In this document: one piece after another, positions 33,613 to 43,462 of the stretch
Numbering within the stretch: the first letter of the stretch is position 1
Layout: every line of letters starts with the position of its first letter
DNA from: Alphaproteobacteria bacterium
GTDB lineage: Bacteria > Pseudomonadota > Alphaproteobacteria > UBA828
Direction of reading: 5' to 3'
NCBI GenBank assembly: GCA_965237415.1
Contig: CBDEFM010000002.1
Span: 32,001-96,000 of the forward strand
Length of the DNA stretch: 64,000 bases
The notes under the pieces: generated by a model
The model's input: only the letters and a program-made list of their open reading frames with translations
Told to the model about the DNA's origin: nothing
Databases searched by the model: none
Position numbers and translations under genes: made by a program

Positions 33613-35513
33613 CAACTACCGCCACGTCATCCATTCCTTGAAGAGGAAGCCGATGGCGCTGCTGAACCTGGTCTACCGCGACGCCCTGTTCCCCCGCGAC
33701 GCTTATCGGCGCTGCTTCGAGGCGGCCCTGGAGCGGTTCACCGAGCGCGAGGCCTGCCGGCTCACGGTGACCCTCCTGGCGCTTGCCCATGAGGAGAACT
33801 GCGAGGCCGAGCTGGCGGCGGCGATCGACGGCATCCTGGACGAGGGGCGGCTACCCGCCCCCAACGACCTCAAGGCGCGCTTCGCGCCGGACCCGGGCAA
33901 GATGCCCAGGATCGACGTCACCAGGACGCATCTGGCCGGCTACGGGTCTCTGCTGAGCGCAGGAAGTGCGTCATGACCGGCAGCGACGACCTCACGGCAA
34001 CCGACCCCAACAAGGTCGATGCCATCAAGCTCTCCCTGATGCTCGCCACCAGCAGCCGATCGAAGCCCGGCCGCGACGTTCCGCCTCCAGAGCGGCCGAG
34101 ATCCTCGTCGATAATCACGGGCTCGTCCCAGCCCAGACCGCGAGCCCGATCCGCAAGGCCGTACTGACGACGGCGGCTCTCGTGGTTGTGCCGCAGCTGG
34201 TCCGGCGTCGACTGCCGAATGTAGACGACCGCCTCGCGTGCCAGATGATCAGGCGCGATCTTGTTCATCGCCCGCCTCCTTCTCCGTGGCCGTCCCGTCC
34301 GCCATGTCCTCCGTCGGGTTCGCTGCCGCTTCGAGCAGCAGCGCCGCCAGTATCGGGATTACCGCCCCTCGCATCGCCGGCGTGAGTGCCGGACCCGGCT
34401 CCAGTAGTTCCAACAGCTCTCCCTGTCTTCCCATGTCGCCCTCCCAAATCCATGCGGGAGGGCGATGGTAGAACAGCGTCGATGTCCGAACGGAGGTCGC
34501 GCAGGGCGTCCACCGTAGCGCGATCCGCGGCTGATCCGTCACCGTCATCGCCGCCGCGTCTGGAAAGCACATCCAGGTCGGTATCTGCGCCAGCGTGCCA
34601 TCCGGCTGGCGGACGACGTAGATCATGGTCCCCTTGAAGCGGTGGCGCCGAACCACTTCCACGCGCTGGCCCGTGCGGGGGTGGAAGGGGTAGTGGATCT
34701 TCGTCGGACCGCCCTGGTATCGGGCAGTGTGTGGCTGTTCCGCCCGGCGCCGGCAAAAGCCATCTTGCCTCTGCCATCGGCCTCGCCCTGGTCGAGAACG
34801 GCTATCGCGTACTCTTCACCCGCACCACCGATCTGGTGCAGCGCCTGCAGGTGGCAAGGCGTGAGCTCGCCCTGGAAAGCCAGCTCGCAAGGCTCGACCG
34901 CTACCATCTTCTGATCCTCGACGACCTCGCCTACGTGCAAAAGGATCAGGCCGAGACCAGCGTCCTCTTCGAGCTCATCTCGGCGCGCTACGAAAGGCGC
35001 TCTCTTCTAATAACCGCGAACCAGCCCTTCGGAGAATGGAACAAGGTGTTCCCGGACGAGACCACTGCGGTGGCCGCCGTCGATCGCCTCGTCCACCACG
35101 CCACAATCCTCGAGATGAACGTCGAGAGCTATCGCCGCCGCGCCGCGCTCGACAGACGAAAAAGGGGACCGGGGCGGCCCGCCAAGATCGCCACCGAGAA
35201 AAACACCACCGAGGACTGAGCCACGCACGGGTGCCGCCCCGGCGGCGCTCACGCTCGCTCCCTGCGGCCCGTCGGCATCTCAGTCGGCGGGCCGCACTTT
35301 ACTCCACGCATCCCGGCCGCAATCCCCCACAGCGATATCGCACCGATCGATCATGCGGACGCTCCGCGACAATCTGTGTGTGTCGCGCCGCGACAATCAA
35401 CGAGACGAAGGCCCTTGCAATGCCCGACGCTGCCCGCAATCATGCGCCCGCCGCTGGCGCCGGGAATCTCACCCTGATTGACGCGCGGCTCTCATCCAGA
35501 TCGTCGCGCTATA
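33613..35513 (+). mobile_element. Disrupted IS21 element: istA 3' part (to 33976), split istB (33973-34043 and 34734-35219), right end
   Basis: YRHVIHSLKRKPMALLNLVYRDALFP; PGAGKSHLASAIG..LILDDL..AVDRLVHH; CGCGACAATC repeats near the end. Confidence 0.85.
34044..34733 (-). mobile_element. Truncated large serine recombinase (34044-34268) with upstream accessory ORF, inside istB
   Basis: MNKIAPDHLAREAVVYIRQST..IDEDLGRSG..RPGFDRLL; upstream KIHYPFHP..QPDGTLAQIPTWM. Confidence 0.8.
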
Positions 35514-36115
35514 AGTGGGCTCGGGTGGGGTGAAGAGGCCGTTCGCGCACTGGCGTGCTGTAGCGGCACCCGATGCTAAGCCTGGTCCGAACCATTTTGT
35601 CGCCTCGGTCACTGATGGCGCGGGTTTCCCGCGACCTCGTTGTGTGCCCAGCATGCTCGGTAGCTGGGAAGTGAAAGTCTTCTATCCAACCTGATGGAGG
35701 TGAAGGATTAGCAAAGCGCAAGGGCATCCCCGCGAGGTGGTGTCTGAAGGAAGCGTGGAGCAAAACCGCGACCTGACGAACAGAAACCGGATATGAGGCA
35801 GGCTTGGTCGGACGAGCGGGCAACGGATCGCGAAGTCCATATCCATCAAGGCCAAGTTTGTAGATCCGGCAGGTGTGCGGGGAAGGCGACCGAGCTTACC
35901 TGGGGAGGCCTGTGCCGTGTTCCAAGTCTGGAACTGAGGGAACTGCAAGGGGACCTGATCGCGGCGCAGGAGTCAGCAGACGGCATAGTAGGTCAGGCAG
36001 TCGGCAAAGCTATTTAGGCACTCCAAGGCCGAGAGGTGGAGCAACAGATAAGCCGAGCCGGTAACGATGGCCGAAGGCCTGAACGATTGGAAGCGGCAAG
36101 TAGGACGGACAACTC

Positions 36116-36923
36116 ATGCGTGGAAAGCGGCAGAACATCCAGTACTCACTGGCCTTGGAACTATCTGAGCGGGGTGAAACCCTGGTCGGCGGCTACCAAG
36201 GGACCGAACCACCTGTGGCGAAGCCCGACCCCGAAAGCCCGGCCTTGGCGGAACAGCTAATGGAGGAGATGTGCGGGCGGGAAAATTGCGAAACTGCGTG
36301 GAAGCACGTTCGAAAGAACAAGGGCGGTCCCGGCGTCGATGGGATGACCATCGACGAGGCCGCGGACTACCTGCGTGAGCACTGGCCAAGCATTCGGTCT
36401 CAACTGCTCGACGGAACCCACCAGCCCCAGCCGGTCAAGAGGGTCGAGATACCCAAGCCGGACGGCGGGGTCAGGAAACTCGGCGTCCCCTGTGTCGTCG
36501 ACAGACTGGTCCAGCAAGCCGTGTTGCAGGTTCTTCAGGCGCAATGGGACCCGACGTTTTCCGAACACAGCTACGGGTTCCGCCCGGGGCGCTCGGCCCA
36601 TCAGGCGGTGGCTCAGGCACAAGCGTATATTGCTGAGGGCTACGGTATCGTGGTTGACATCGACCTCGAAAAATTCTTCGACCGTGTCAACCAGGACCGA
36701 CTGATGGCTCGCGTTGCCGAACGGGTCTCCGACAAACGGGTACTCAAGCTGATCCGCGCCTTTCTCAAGGCCGGAGTGATGGAAGACGGGCTGGTTTATC
36801 CGGTTGACGAGGGGACCCCGCAAGGCGGTCCGCTTTCGCCTCTCCTGAGCAATCTCGTGCTCGATGAACTCGACAGGGAACTGACACGACGCGGCCACCG
36901 GTTCTGCCGGTACGCGGATGACT
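36116..36923 (+). CDS. ltrA: Class C intron RT/maturase, exon 1 (to YADD)
   Basis: GVDG, PVKRVEIPKPDGG.RKLGVP, HSYGFRPGRS, GTPQGGPLSPLLSN, RYADD. Confidence 0.93.
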
Positions 36924-37276
36924 GTGTGCCACGAAGGCACGAGGAGGCTGAGATGATTTAGCCACCGAAGGGCCGTGCTGCACGAGAGATGGGGGTCGGC
37001 CCCCCGGAGCCGCCGTGCAGGCGGAGGCTTCAAACCACCCACTGCTGCTGTGTTCAAGAGACATGGTAGTGAGCGAGTGGGAAAAGGCAGGGCAATACCC
37101 TGTCAGGTAGGGATCGCGGAGTCGAACGCAAGTGAACCACTGTCAACGTGTCGAAAGCGTGTGGACGACGTCAAAACCGAGGGGTAGTCGTTACCTCGGG
37201 ATGAGTTCGGAAGGAACCTGCTTACTGACCGAATGGCGTCCGGCACAAAGGTGGCGAGACCGCGATCCAGGCTCTT

Positions 37277-38871
37277 CGGAACCTGTCAACGACTTTGAGA
37301 CAGTGACGATTGCGATTTACTGAGCAGTTTCTCCTGTTGTGGGTGTCACAGGTAGGTTGATCCAGACGGCTTGGGGAAGGGGATCCGGTTGTGGGATCCC
37401 TCGAACGAAGCGTTCGGGATGACGGGTCCAGGCGGCTTGAAGGGTCCGCCCGCGCTGCTCCAGCACGCTCTGGGTTCGATTGTGATGCACGTCGTCCGGG
37501 GTGAGCATCGCGATCCCGCCATGGCGATGTTCGGTGTTGTACCAAGGGAAGAACGTTCGGCAGAAGGCGATCGCGGCGGTGATGTCGTGGAAGCGGCCAG
37601 GGAAGCCGGGGTGGTACTTCAGGGTCTTGAACTGCGCCTCGGAGAAGGGGTTGTCGTCGGACACCTGAGGGCGGCTCAGTGAACGGGTCACGCCGAGGTC
37701 GGCGAGCAGTTGTGCGGTGCACTTGCTCGTCATCGGCGCGCCGCGGTCGGAGTGCAGGGTGAGCACCTGGGGCTGGACGCCCTGTTTGTGGCAGGTCTCT
37801 TCGATGAGACGACCGGCCAGCGCCGAGTTCTCCCGGTCTGCGACCATCCAGCCGACCGCGTAGCGGCTGAAGATGTCGAGCACGACGTAGAGGTAGAAGT
37901 ACGTCCACTTGGTCGGCCCCAACAGCTTGGTGATGTCCCAGGACCAGGTCTGGTTCGGCGCCGTGGCCACCAGCTCGGGCTTGATGTACTGGGGATGCTC
38001 GCGCTGATTGCGCCGCTCTCGGACCGGCTGATCGGCGGCCAGGATCCGATACATCGTCCGCTCCGAGCACAGGTAATGGCCTTCGTCGAGCAGCGTCGCC
38101 ACGACCTCCGCCGGCGCACGGTCGACGAAGCGCGGGCCGGCGAGCACATCGAGGATCTGCTCGCGCTCGGCTTCACACAGCGCCCGGGCGGGCGTTGGAC
38201 GGGGCTGCCGGTGCCCGGGAGTTGACCTCTGACGACGGTAGAAGGTCGCCCGTGACACGCCCAGTGCTTGGCAGGCCGGCGCCACGCCGACCTGCGCCGC
38301 AAGCGGTTGGACCGCGATCAAGAGCGCGTTCCGTGTTCGAGGTTCAATCCCAGCAGCCCGGCAACTTTTCCCTGCACGTCCAGGATCGTGTGCGCGGTGT
38401 GCAACTCGTGCTCCAGGCGAGCCACTTGCGCCTCGAGCGCGCGCACCTTCGCATCCAGCGGGTTGCGTTCGGCCGGTTTCGCGCCGCGCTTCTTCGCGGC
38501 CAACTCCCGCAGCGAGCCCTTGCGCCGCGCCTTGCGCCAAGCCGTCAGATGCGAGCTGTACAACCCCTCGCGGCGAAGCAGGCGGCCCACCTCGCCGGGC
38601 TGTGTGCAGCGATCCGCCTCCTCCAGAATCCGCAGCCGATACTCTGCGGTGAACTGGCGCCGCTTCGGCTTGGCCACAACCTCCGGGTCCGGGGTCGGTC
38701 TGGCGCGGCCGGCCCTGGGGGCCTCGTCGCTACGCTCCTCGACCCCCAGGGCCGGAACGGAAACCTCATTCAATGTCATCGAGTCTCTCTCTGCGGTCAT
38801 CGGTTTTCACCTCCGCCGCCCTACAGAAATTCCAAAGGTTGCTGGTGTCTCAGTGATGTTGGCAGAGAGGG
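37277..38871 (-). mobile_element. IS3-like element (orfA 38318-38800, orfB 37317-ca.38320) inside the inner intron ribozyme
   Basis: KRRQFTAEYRLRIL; WSWDIT, LHSDRG, DNPFSEAQFKTLK; subterminal inverted repeats; CTT duplicated at 37274 and 38872. Confidence 0.9.
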
Positions 38872-39072
38872 CTTGTGCGGAACGTGGGAACCTGTCGCTT
38901 CGATGCCAAGGAAGAACCGCAAGTGGAGGCCCCACGAGCGGGAGAGTACCGATGCGGAGCACAGGGGCGGAGCGACCCGTAGTAGCGATGAAAGTTCTGT
39001 AATGGGGCTGGAGCGAAGGGGTTGCCCTATGCGGTTCGGGAAGTCGGGGCAACCGGCGACGGGAGGACCTTG

Positions 39073-40317
39073 ATGGACCGGACGAAGCCGTTTCCCATCA
39101 GCAAACGTCAGGTCTGGGAAGCCTGGAAGAAGGTGAAAGCCAATCAGGGTGGGGCGGGGATTGACGGCCAGGCAATAGAAGCGTTCGAGGCCAAGGTTGG
39201 AGACAACCTGTACATGCTTTGGAACCGCATGGCGTCGGGCAGTTATCATCCGTCTCCGGTTCGACGAGTTGAGATTCCCAAGGCGGACGGCGGCGTTCGT
39301 CCGCTGGGGATACCAACGGTGGAGGATCGGGTAGCCCAAACGGTGGTGAAAGAGGTACTGGAGCCGGAACTGGAAAAACACTTTCATTCGGACTCCTACG
39401 GCTATCGGCCGGGGAAATCGGCTCACCAGGCACTGGGGCAGGCGCGAGAGCGCTGCTGGCGAAGTGACTGGGTGCTGGATCTCGATATCAGGTCGTTTTT
39501 CGACACGTTGGATCACGACCTGCTGCTTCGCGCAGTGCGCCGCCACACCGACGAGAACTGGGTGGTGCTGTATATCGAGAGGTGGCTGAAGGCCCCGGTA
39601 ATGCTGCCGAGCGGGGAGGTAGAAGAGCGGGATCGAGGCACGCCCCAAGGGGGTGTCGCAAGTCCGTTGCTTGCCAACCTGTTCCTGCATTATGTGTTCG
39701 ATTTGTGGATGGAGAGGCACTACCCGGCCATCCCGTTCGAGCGTTATGCCGACGATATCGTCTGCCATTGTCGCAGTGAGCGGCAGGCACACCATCTGAA
39801 GGGCGCACTGACACGTCGCTTTGAAGCCTGCGGGCTCGCGCTGCACCGGGAGAAGACGAAGATTGTCTACTGCCAGGACAGCGATCGACGAGGGAAGCAC
39901 CCCGTAACATCCTTTGACTTCCTGGGCTACACGTTTCGGCCCCGGCGGTCGAAGAACAAGTGGGGCGGGTTTTTCGTCAGTTTTAGTCCGGCGATCAGCA
40001 ACAAGGCGGCGAGAGCGATTCGGCGGGAAATCAGGAGTTGGAATCTGCATCGACGCAGTGACAAGAGCCTTGACGACCTTGCCCGAATGTTCAACGCAAC
40101 CATCAGGGGGTGGATCAACTATTACGGGGCCTTTTACAAGTCGACCCTCTTTGCCCCCTTGCGGATGATCGACAGGAGGCTCGCGCTTTGGGCCACGCGC
40201 AAGATGAAGCGTTTTCGGGCGCATCGGAGACGCGCTGCGCAATGGGTTGCCGACTGTGTTCGCCGGGACCCTAACCTGTTCGCACATTGGCGCGTTATTT
40301 ATCGTACGGCTGCATAG
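39073..40317 (+). CDS. ltrA: Group II intron RT/maturase (RmInt1-like, no endonuclease domain), intact
   Basis: KPFPISKRQVWEAWKKVKAN, RPLGIPTVEDR, GTPQGGVASPLLANLFLH, ERYADD, FDFLG, GWINYY. Confidence 0.95.
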   Translation: MDRTKPFPISKRQVWEAWKKVKANQGGAGIDGQAIEAFEAKVGDNLYMLWNRMASGSYHPSPVRRVEIPKADGGVRPLGIPTVEDRVAQTVVKEVLEPELEKHFHSDSYGYRPGKSAHQALGQARERCWRSDWVLDLDIRSFFDTLDHDLLLRAVRRHTDENWVVLYIERWLKAPVMLPSGEVEERDRGTPQGGVASPLLANLFLHYVFDLWMERHYPAIPFERYADDIVCHCRSERQAHHLKGALTRRFEACGLALHREKTKIVYCQDSDRRGKHPVTSFDFLGYTFRPRRSKNKWGGFFVSFSPAISNKAARAIRREIRSWNLHRRSDKSLDDLARMFNATIRGWINYYGAFYKSTLFAPLRMIDRRLALWATRKMKRFRAHRRRAAQWVADCVRRDPNLFAHWRVIYRTAA

Positions 40318-40394
40318 GAGGAGCCGTGTGAGCCGAGAGGTTCAAGCACGGTTCTGTGAGCGCCTCGGGGTGAGATTCCCCGGGGCGACTCGAC

Positions 40395-40969
40395 GTAACA
40401 TCTACGTCCGCAGCCAGCGCGCCGGCGAACGTGTCATGGCCTCCGTGGCCAGGTTCCTGACCACGACGCTACGGCTCAAGGTCAACGAGTCAAAGAGCGC
40501 GGTCGCGCGACCGGAGGAGCGCAAGTTCCTGGGGTTCAGCATCGCGAATGATGGGAGCGAACGGCGCATCGCGCCGCAAGCTCTCGCGAAGTTCAAGGCG
40601 CGAATTCGGGACCTCACAAGCCGGACGCGGGGAATAAGTCTGCACCGGATGATCGAAACGCTAAAGCCATACCTGATGGGCTGGCGCGGCTACTTCGGTT
40701 TCTGCCAGACCCCGCGCGTGCTCACGAACCTGGAAGCGTGGATACGCCGAAGACTGCGTGCGTATCTGTGGCGACAGTGGAACAACGGTCACAAACGCTT
40801 CAAGGAGCTCCGCCGCCGGGGACTCTCAAAGGACCAAGCCGCCATCGCCGCTGGCTCGCCGACGGCGTACTGGCGCATGGCCGGACATGTGGTGGTCCAG
40901 CAGGCCCTACGCAACCACCATTTCGACTCGCTCGGCCTCCCCAGACTCTACACCCCTGCTGCGGCCTAA
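40395..40969 (+). CDS. ltrA: Class C intron RT/maturase, exon 2
   Basis: NIYVRSQRAGERVM..LKVNESKS..KFLGF..GWRGYF..WIRRRLR; 808+575 nt = 461 codons in frame with exon 1. Confidence 0.92.
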
Positions 40970-41120
40970 TTCGGTCGAACCGCCGTGGTACGGACCCGTA
41001 TGCCCGGTGGTGTGGGAGGGGCGGCATCGTGAGATGCCCCCCTATCCCGATCAAGAGAATGGGACTTCGAACATGGTTCCTCCCCGCTCGCGACGGAGAT
41101 GAAACCTGGGAGGATGTTCC

Positions 41121-42539
41121 ATGGCGCGCAAGTCTCGAAGAACCCAGCGCCTCAGGGTGGTGAACCCGGACTGCGCAGGGATCGACATCGGCAAGGACCG
41201 GCATTTCGTGGCGGTCGACCCGGAACGCACCGAGGAGCCGGTGCGTTCGTTCGGCGCCTTTACCCGCGATCTGGAGGAGATGGCGGCGTGGCTAGCGTCG
41301 TGTGGGGTGACCAAGGTGGCGATGGAATCGACCTCGGTCTACTGGATAGCGGTCTACGAGACGCTGGAGCGCGCGGGCTTCGAGGTGATGCTGGTGCCGC
41401 CGCGCATGACGAAGCAGATCGGCGGGCGCAAGAGCGACGTGTTGGACTGCCAGTGGATCTGGCAGCTGATGTCCTACGGCCTGCTGCGGGGAGCGTTCCG
41501 TCCGGGCGACGAGGTTTGCCCGCTGCGCTCCTACGCACGCCAGATGAGGCGGCTGACCGGGGACCGCTCCCGCTGCGTCCTGCACATGCAGAAGGCGCTG
41601 ACCGAGATGAACGTCAAGCTCGACTCGGTGATCGCCAACATCGTGGGACTGACCGGCCAGCGCATCCTGCGCGCGATCATCGACGGCGAGCGTGACCCAG
41701 AGCGCCTGGCGACGCTCCGCCACCGGGGCATCAAGGCCGACGCCGATACGATCGCCGCGAGCCTTCAGGGGACGTGGCGTGAGGAGCATCTGTTCGCCCT
41801 CGAACAGGCCATGCAGCGCTACGACTTCCTGACCCAGCAGATCGACGACTGCGAGGCCCGGGTGATGGCCGAGATCGAGCGCCTGACACCGCCGGACGAT
41901 CTCCCGGACGGCGGCGCACCGGACCATGCCCCCGGCACGACCTCCGAAACCGCGTCGAGCCGCTCTGCGAACGCCGCAAGCAACTACACCGGCAAGGAGG
42001 GCATCCAGGCCCTGGCGTTGCGCGGAATGATGGGCGTCGACCTCACCGCGATCCCCACCATCGGTCCCGGTACCGCACTGGTGATCGCCTCGGAGATCGG
42101 CCCGGACTTCTCCGCCTTCCCCTCCGCCCAGCACTTCTGCTCCTGGCTTGCGCTCGCGCCGGGAACCAGGATCAGCGGCGGCAAGAACCTCCCCGGCAAG
42201 TCCCCGAAGGCGGTCAACCCCGTCGGGCAGGCCCTGCGCATGGCGGCCATGGCCGCGCGCCGCAGCGAGACCTTCATCGGCGCCAAGCACCGCGCAAGGC
42301 TCGCCCGAATGGACACCCCCGTTGCGATCAAGGCGACCGCCCGCGAACTCGCCTGCCTGATCTACCTCATGGTGACCGAAGGCCAGAAATACGTCGAGCA
42401 GGGCATCGACGCCTACGAGAAGCGGCGCCTCAACAGAAAGTTCGCTCATCTCGACCGCCAAGCCCGAAAACTCGGGCTCCAACTCGTCCCGGCACCGCAA
42501 AACGACGAAACGCAAAACTCAATGCCGTCAACTGCTTAG
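41121..42539 (+). CDS. IS110-family DEDD recombinase/transposase, intact
   Basis: CAGIDIGK, MESTSVYW, KSDVLD, IPTIG..IASEIG, SWLALAP..ISGGK; GGAGG RBS. Confidence 0.95.
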   Translation: MARKSRRTQRLRVVNPDCAGIDIGKDRHFVAVDPERTEEPVRSFGAFTRDLEEMAAWLASCGVTKVAMESTSVYWIAVYETLERAGFEVMLVPPRMTKQIGGRKSDVLDCQWIWQLMSYGLLRGAFRPGDEVCPLRSYARQMRRLTGDRSRCVLHMQKALTEMNVKLDSVIANIVGLTGQRILRAIIDGERDPERLATLRHRGIKADADTIAASLQGTWREEHLFALEQAMQRYDFLTQQIDDCEARVMAEIERLTPPDDLPDGGAPDHAPGTTSETASSRSANAASNYTGKEGIQALALRGMMGVDLTAIPTIGPGTALVIASEIGPDFSAFPSAQHFCSWLALAPGTRISGGKNLPGKSPKAVNPVGQALRMAAMAARRSETFIGAKHRARLARMDTPVAIKATARELACLIYLMVTEGQKYVEQGIDAYEKRRLNRKFAHLDRQARKLGLQLVPAPQNDETQNSMPSTA

Positions 42540-43462
42540 GCAACTGTTACTCAAGAGCGCGCTTTGTTGACCCCCCGCAATCCAGCCAGATCATTGGGTT
42601 ACCGCGCCGATCGGCACCGAACCCGTGCGCCGATCAACAGTCGATCCCTCGCCGGAGACCGTCGAACACTATCGCGTCCAGGTTCGAACCTATCTCGACA
42701 TGACCGGCGCCGACCGGGGCTTGATCGTCATGATGACCGGCGGGAGGGTCGTCGAAATCCGTGGCCAGGGATGACGGATATAAGGCGGTGGGAGCGTGAC
42801 AGCTTCCGGGGGCGGAGATCGCTCTCGCGAGGCCCGGCGAGCGGAGAACGGATGAAGCGGCGGTGATCGTGGCAAGCCAGGTGAGAGCCAGCTAAATTGG
42901 TTTCCACACCAGAGACGGGCGACGGAAGAATGGCCGAGTCTGGATTTCCGACGTTTTGCTCTGCCGACTTGCGCTTTATCGGCGACATGTTCTCCGACCC
43001 GCTGACCAGGGCCATCCGAAACGACATACTCTCGTTTCGCGCACCAGTCTGGTCCGAGGATGCACGCCGCGTCCTGACCGTACTTGGCGACGGGCGGTTT
43101 GATGCCGTGGCCGTTGCGATCCGGAGAGGCGCTCTGCGTTTCGCCGTGACGCCGGACTGGTCCTCGGGGATTCAGGCGATCGAGAGCGTTTTCGCGCTGA
43201 AGCGCCGGGCGCATCTGTTCCGGGCCGCGCCTTCGGTAACCTGGTTGTTAGCGACGGCTTAGGAATGCGCGTATTTGCTGCATTTCTGGAGTTGGACGTG
43301 GTCGGCGGTTGATGCTGACGATCAATCCGAGGTGCCTCCAGGGTGCGTCATCGACATCGGGGTCGCGGCGGTAGCCGAGGGATCGCGCGACGCCTTCGAG
43401 GGGATAGGCTCTCAGGGTCTCGGCCTGCACCCGCCCGTACCATGGCGAGAGACGATCTATGA

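Larger units (their letters stand above)
36924..40394 (+). mobile_element. Group IIB (class D-like) intron inserted just after YADD of the outer RT
   Basis: 5' GTGTG; D5 GAGCCGTGTGAGCCGAGAGGTTCAAGCACGGTTC; 3' end ACTCGAC; removal restores YADDCNIYV. Confidence 0.93.
35642..41051 (+). mobile_element. Group IIC (class C) intron, outer intron of a twintron
   Basis: 5' GTGTGCC 8 nt after hairpin CGCGGG-TTT-CCCGCG; D5 GAACCGCCGTGGTACGGACCCGTATGCCCGGTGGTG with CGC triad; D6 ending CCTATCCCGAT. Confidence 0.92.
35514..42557 (+). mobile_element. IS110-family element, left non-coding end split by nested introns (boundaries inferred)
   Basis: Non-coding 35514-35641 plus 41052-41120 precede an intact IS110 recombinase; right end ...GTTACTCAAGAG. 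Confidence 0.65.

Noticed and set aside
36116-40969. RTs as retron, DGR or defence RTs
   Set aside because: Both have group II RT0/X domains and flanking D5/D6; no TR/VR pair or msr-msd seen.
42897-43262. Short ORF after IS110 as a cargo gene
   Set aside because: No recognisable motif, and it lies outside the inferred IS110 right end; a function cannot be supported.
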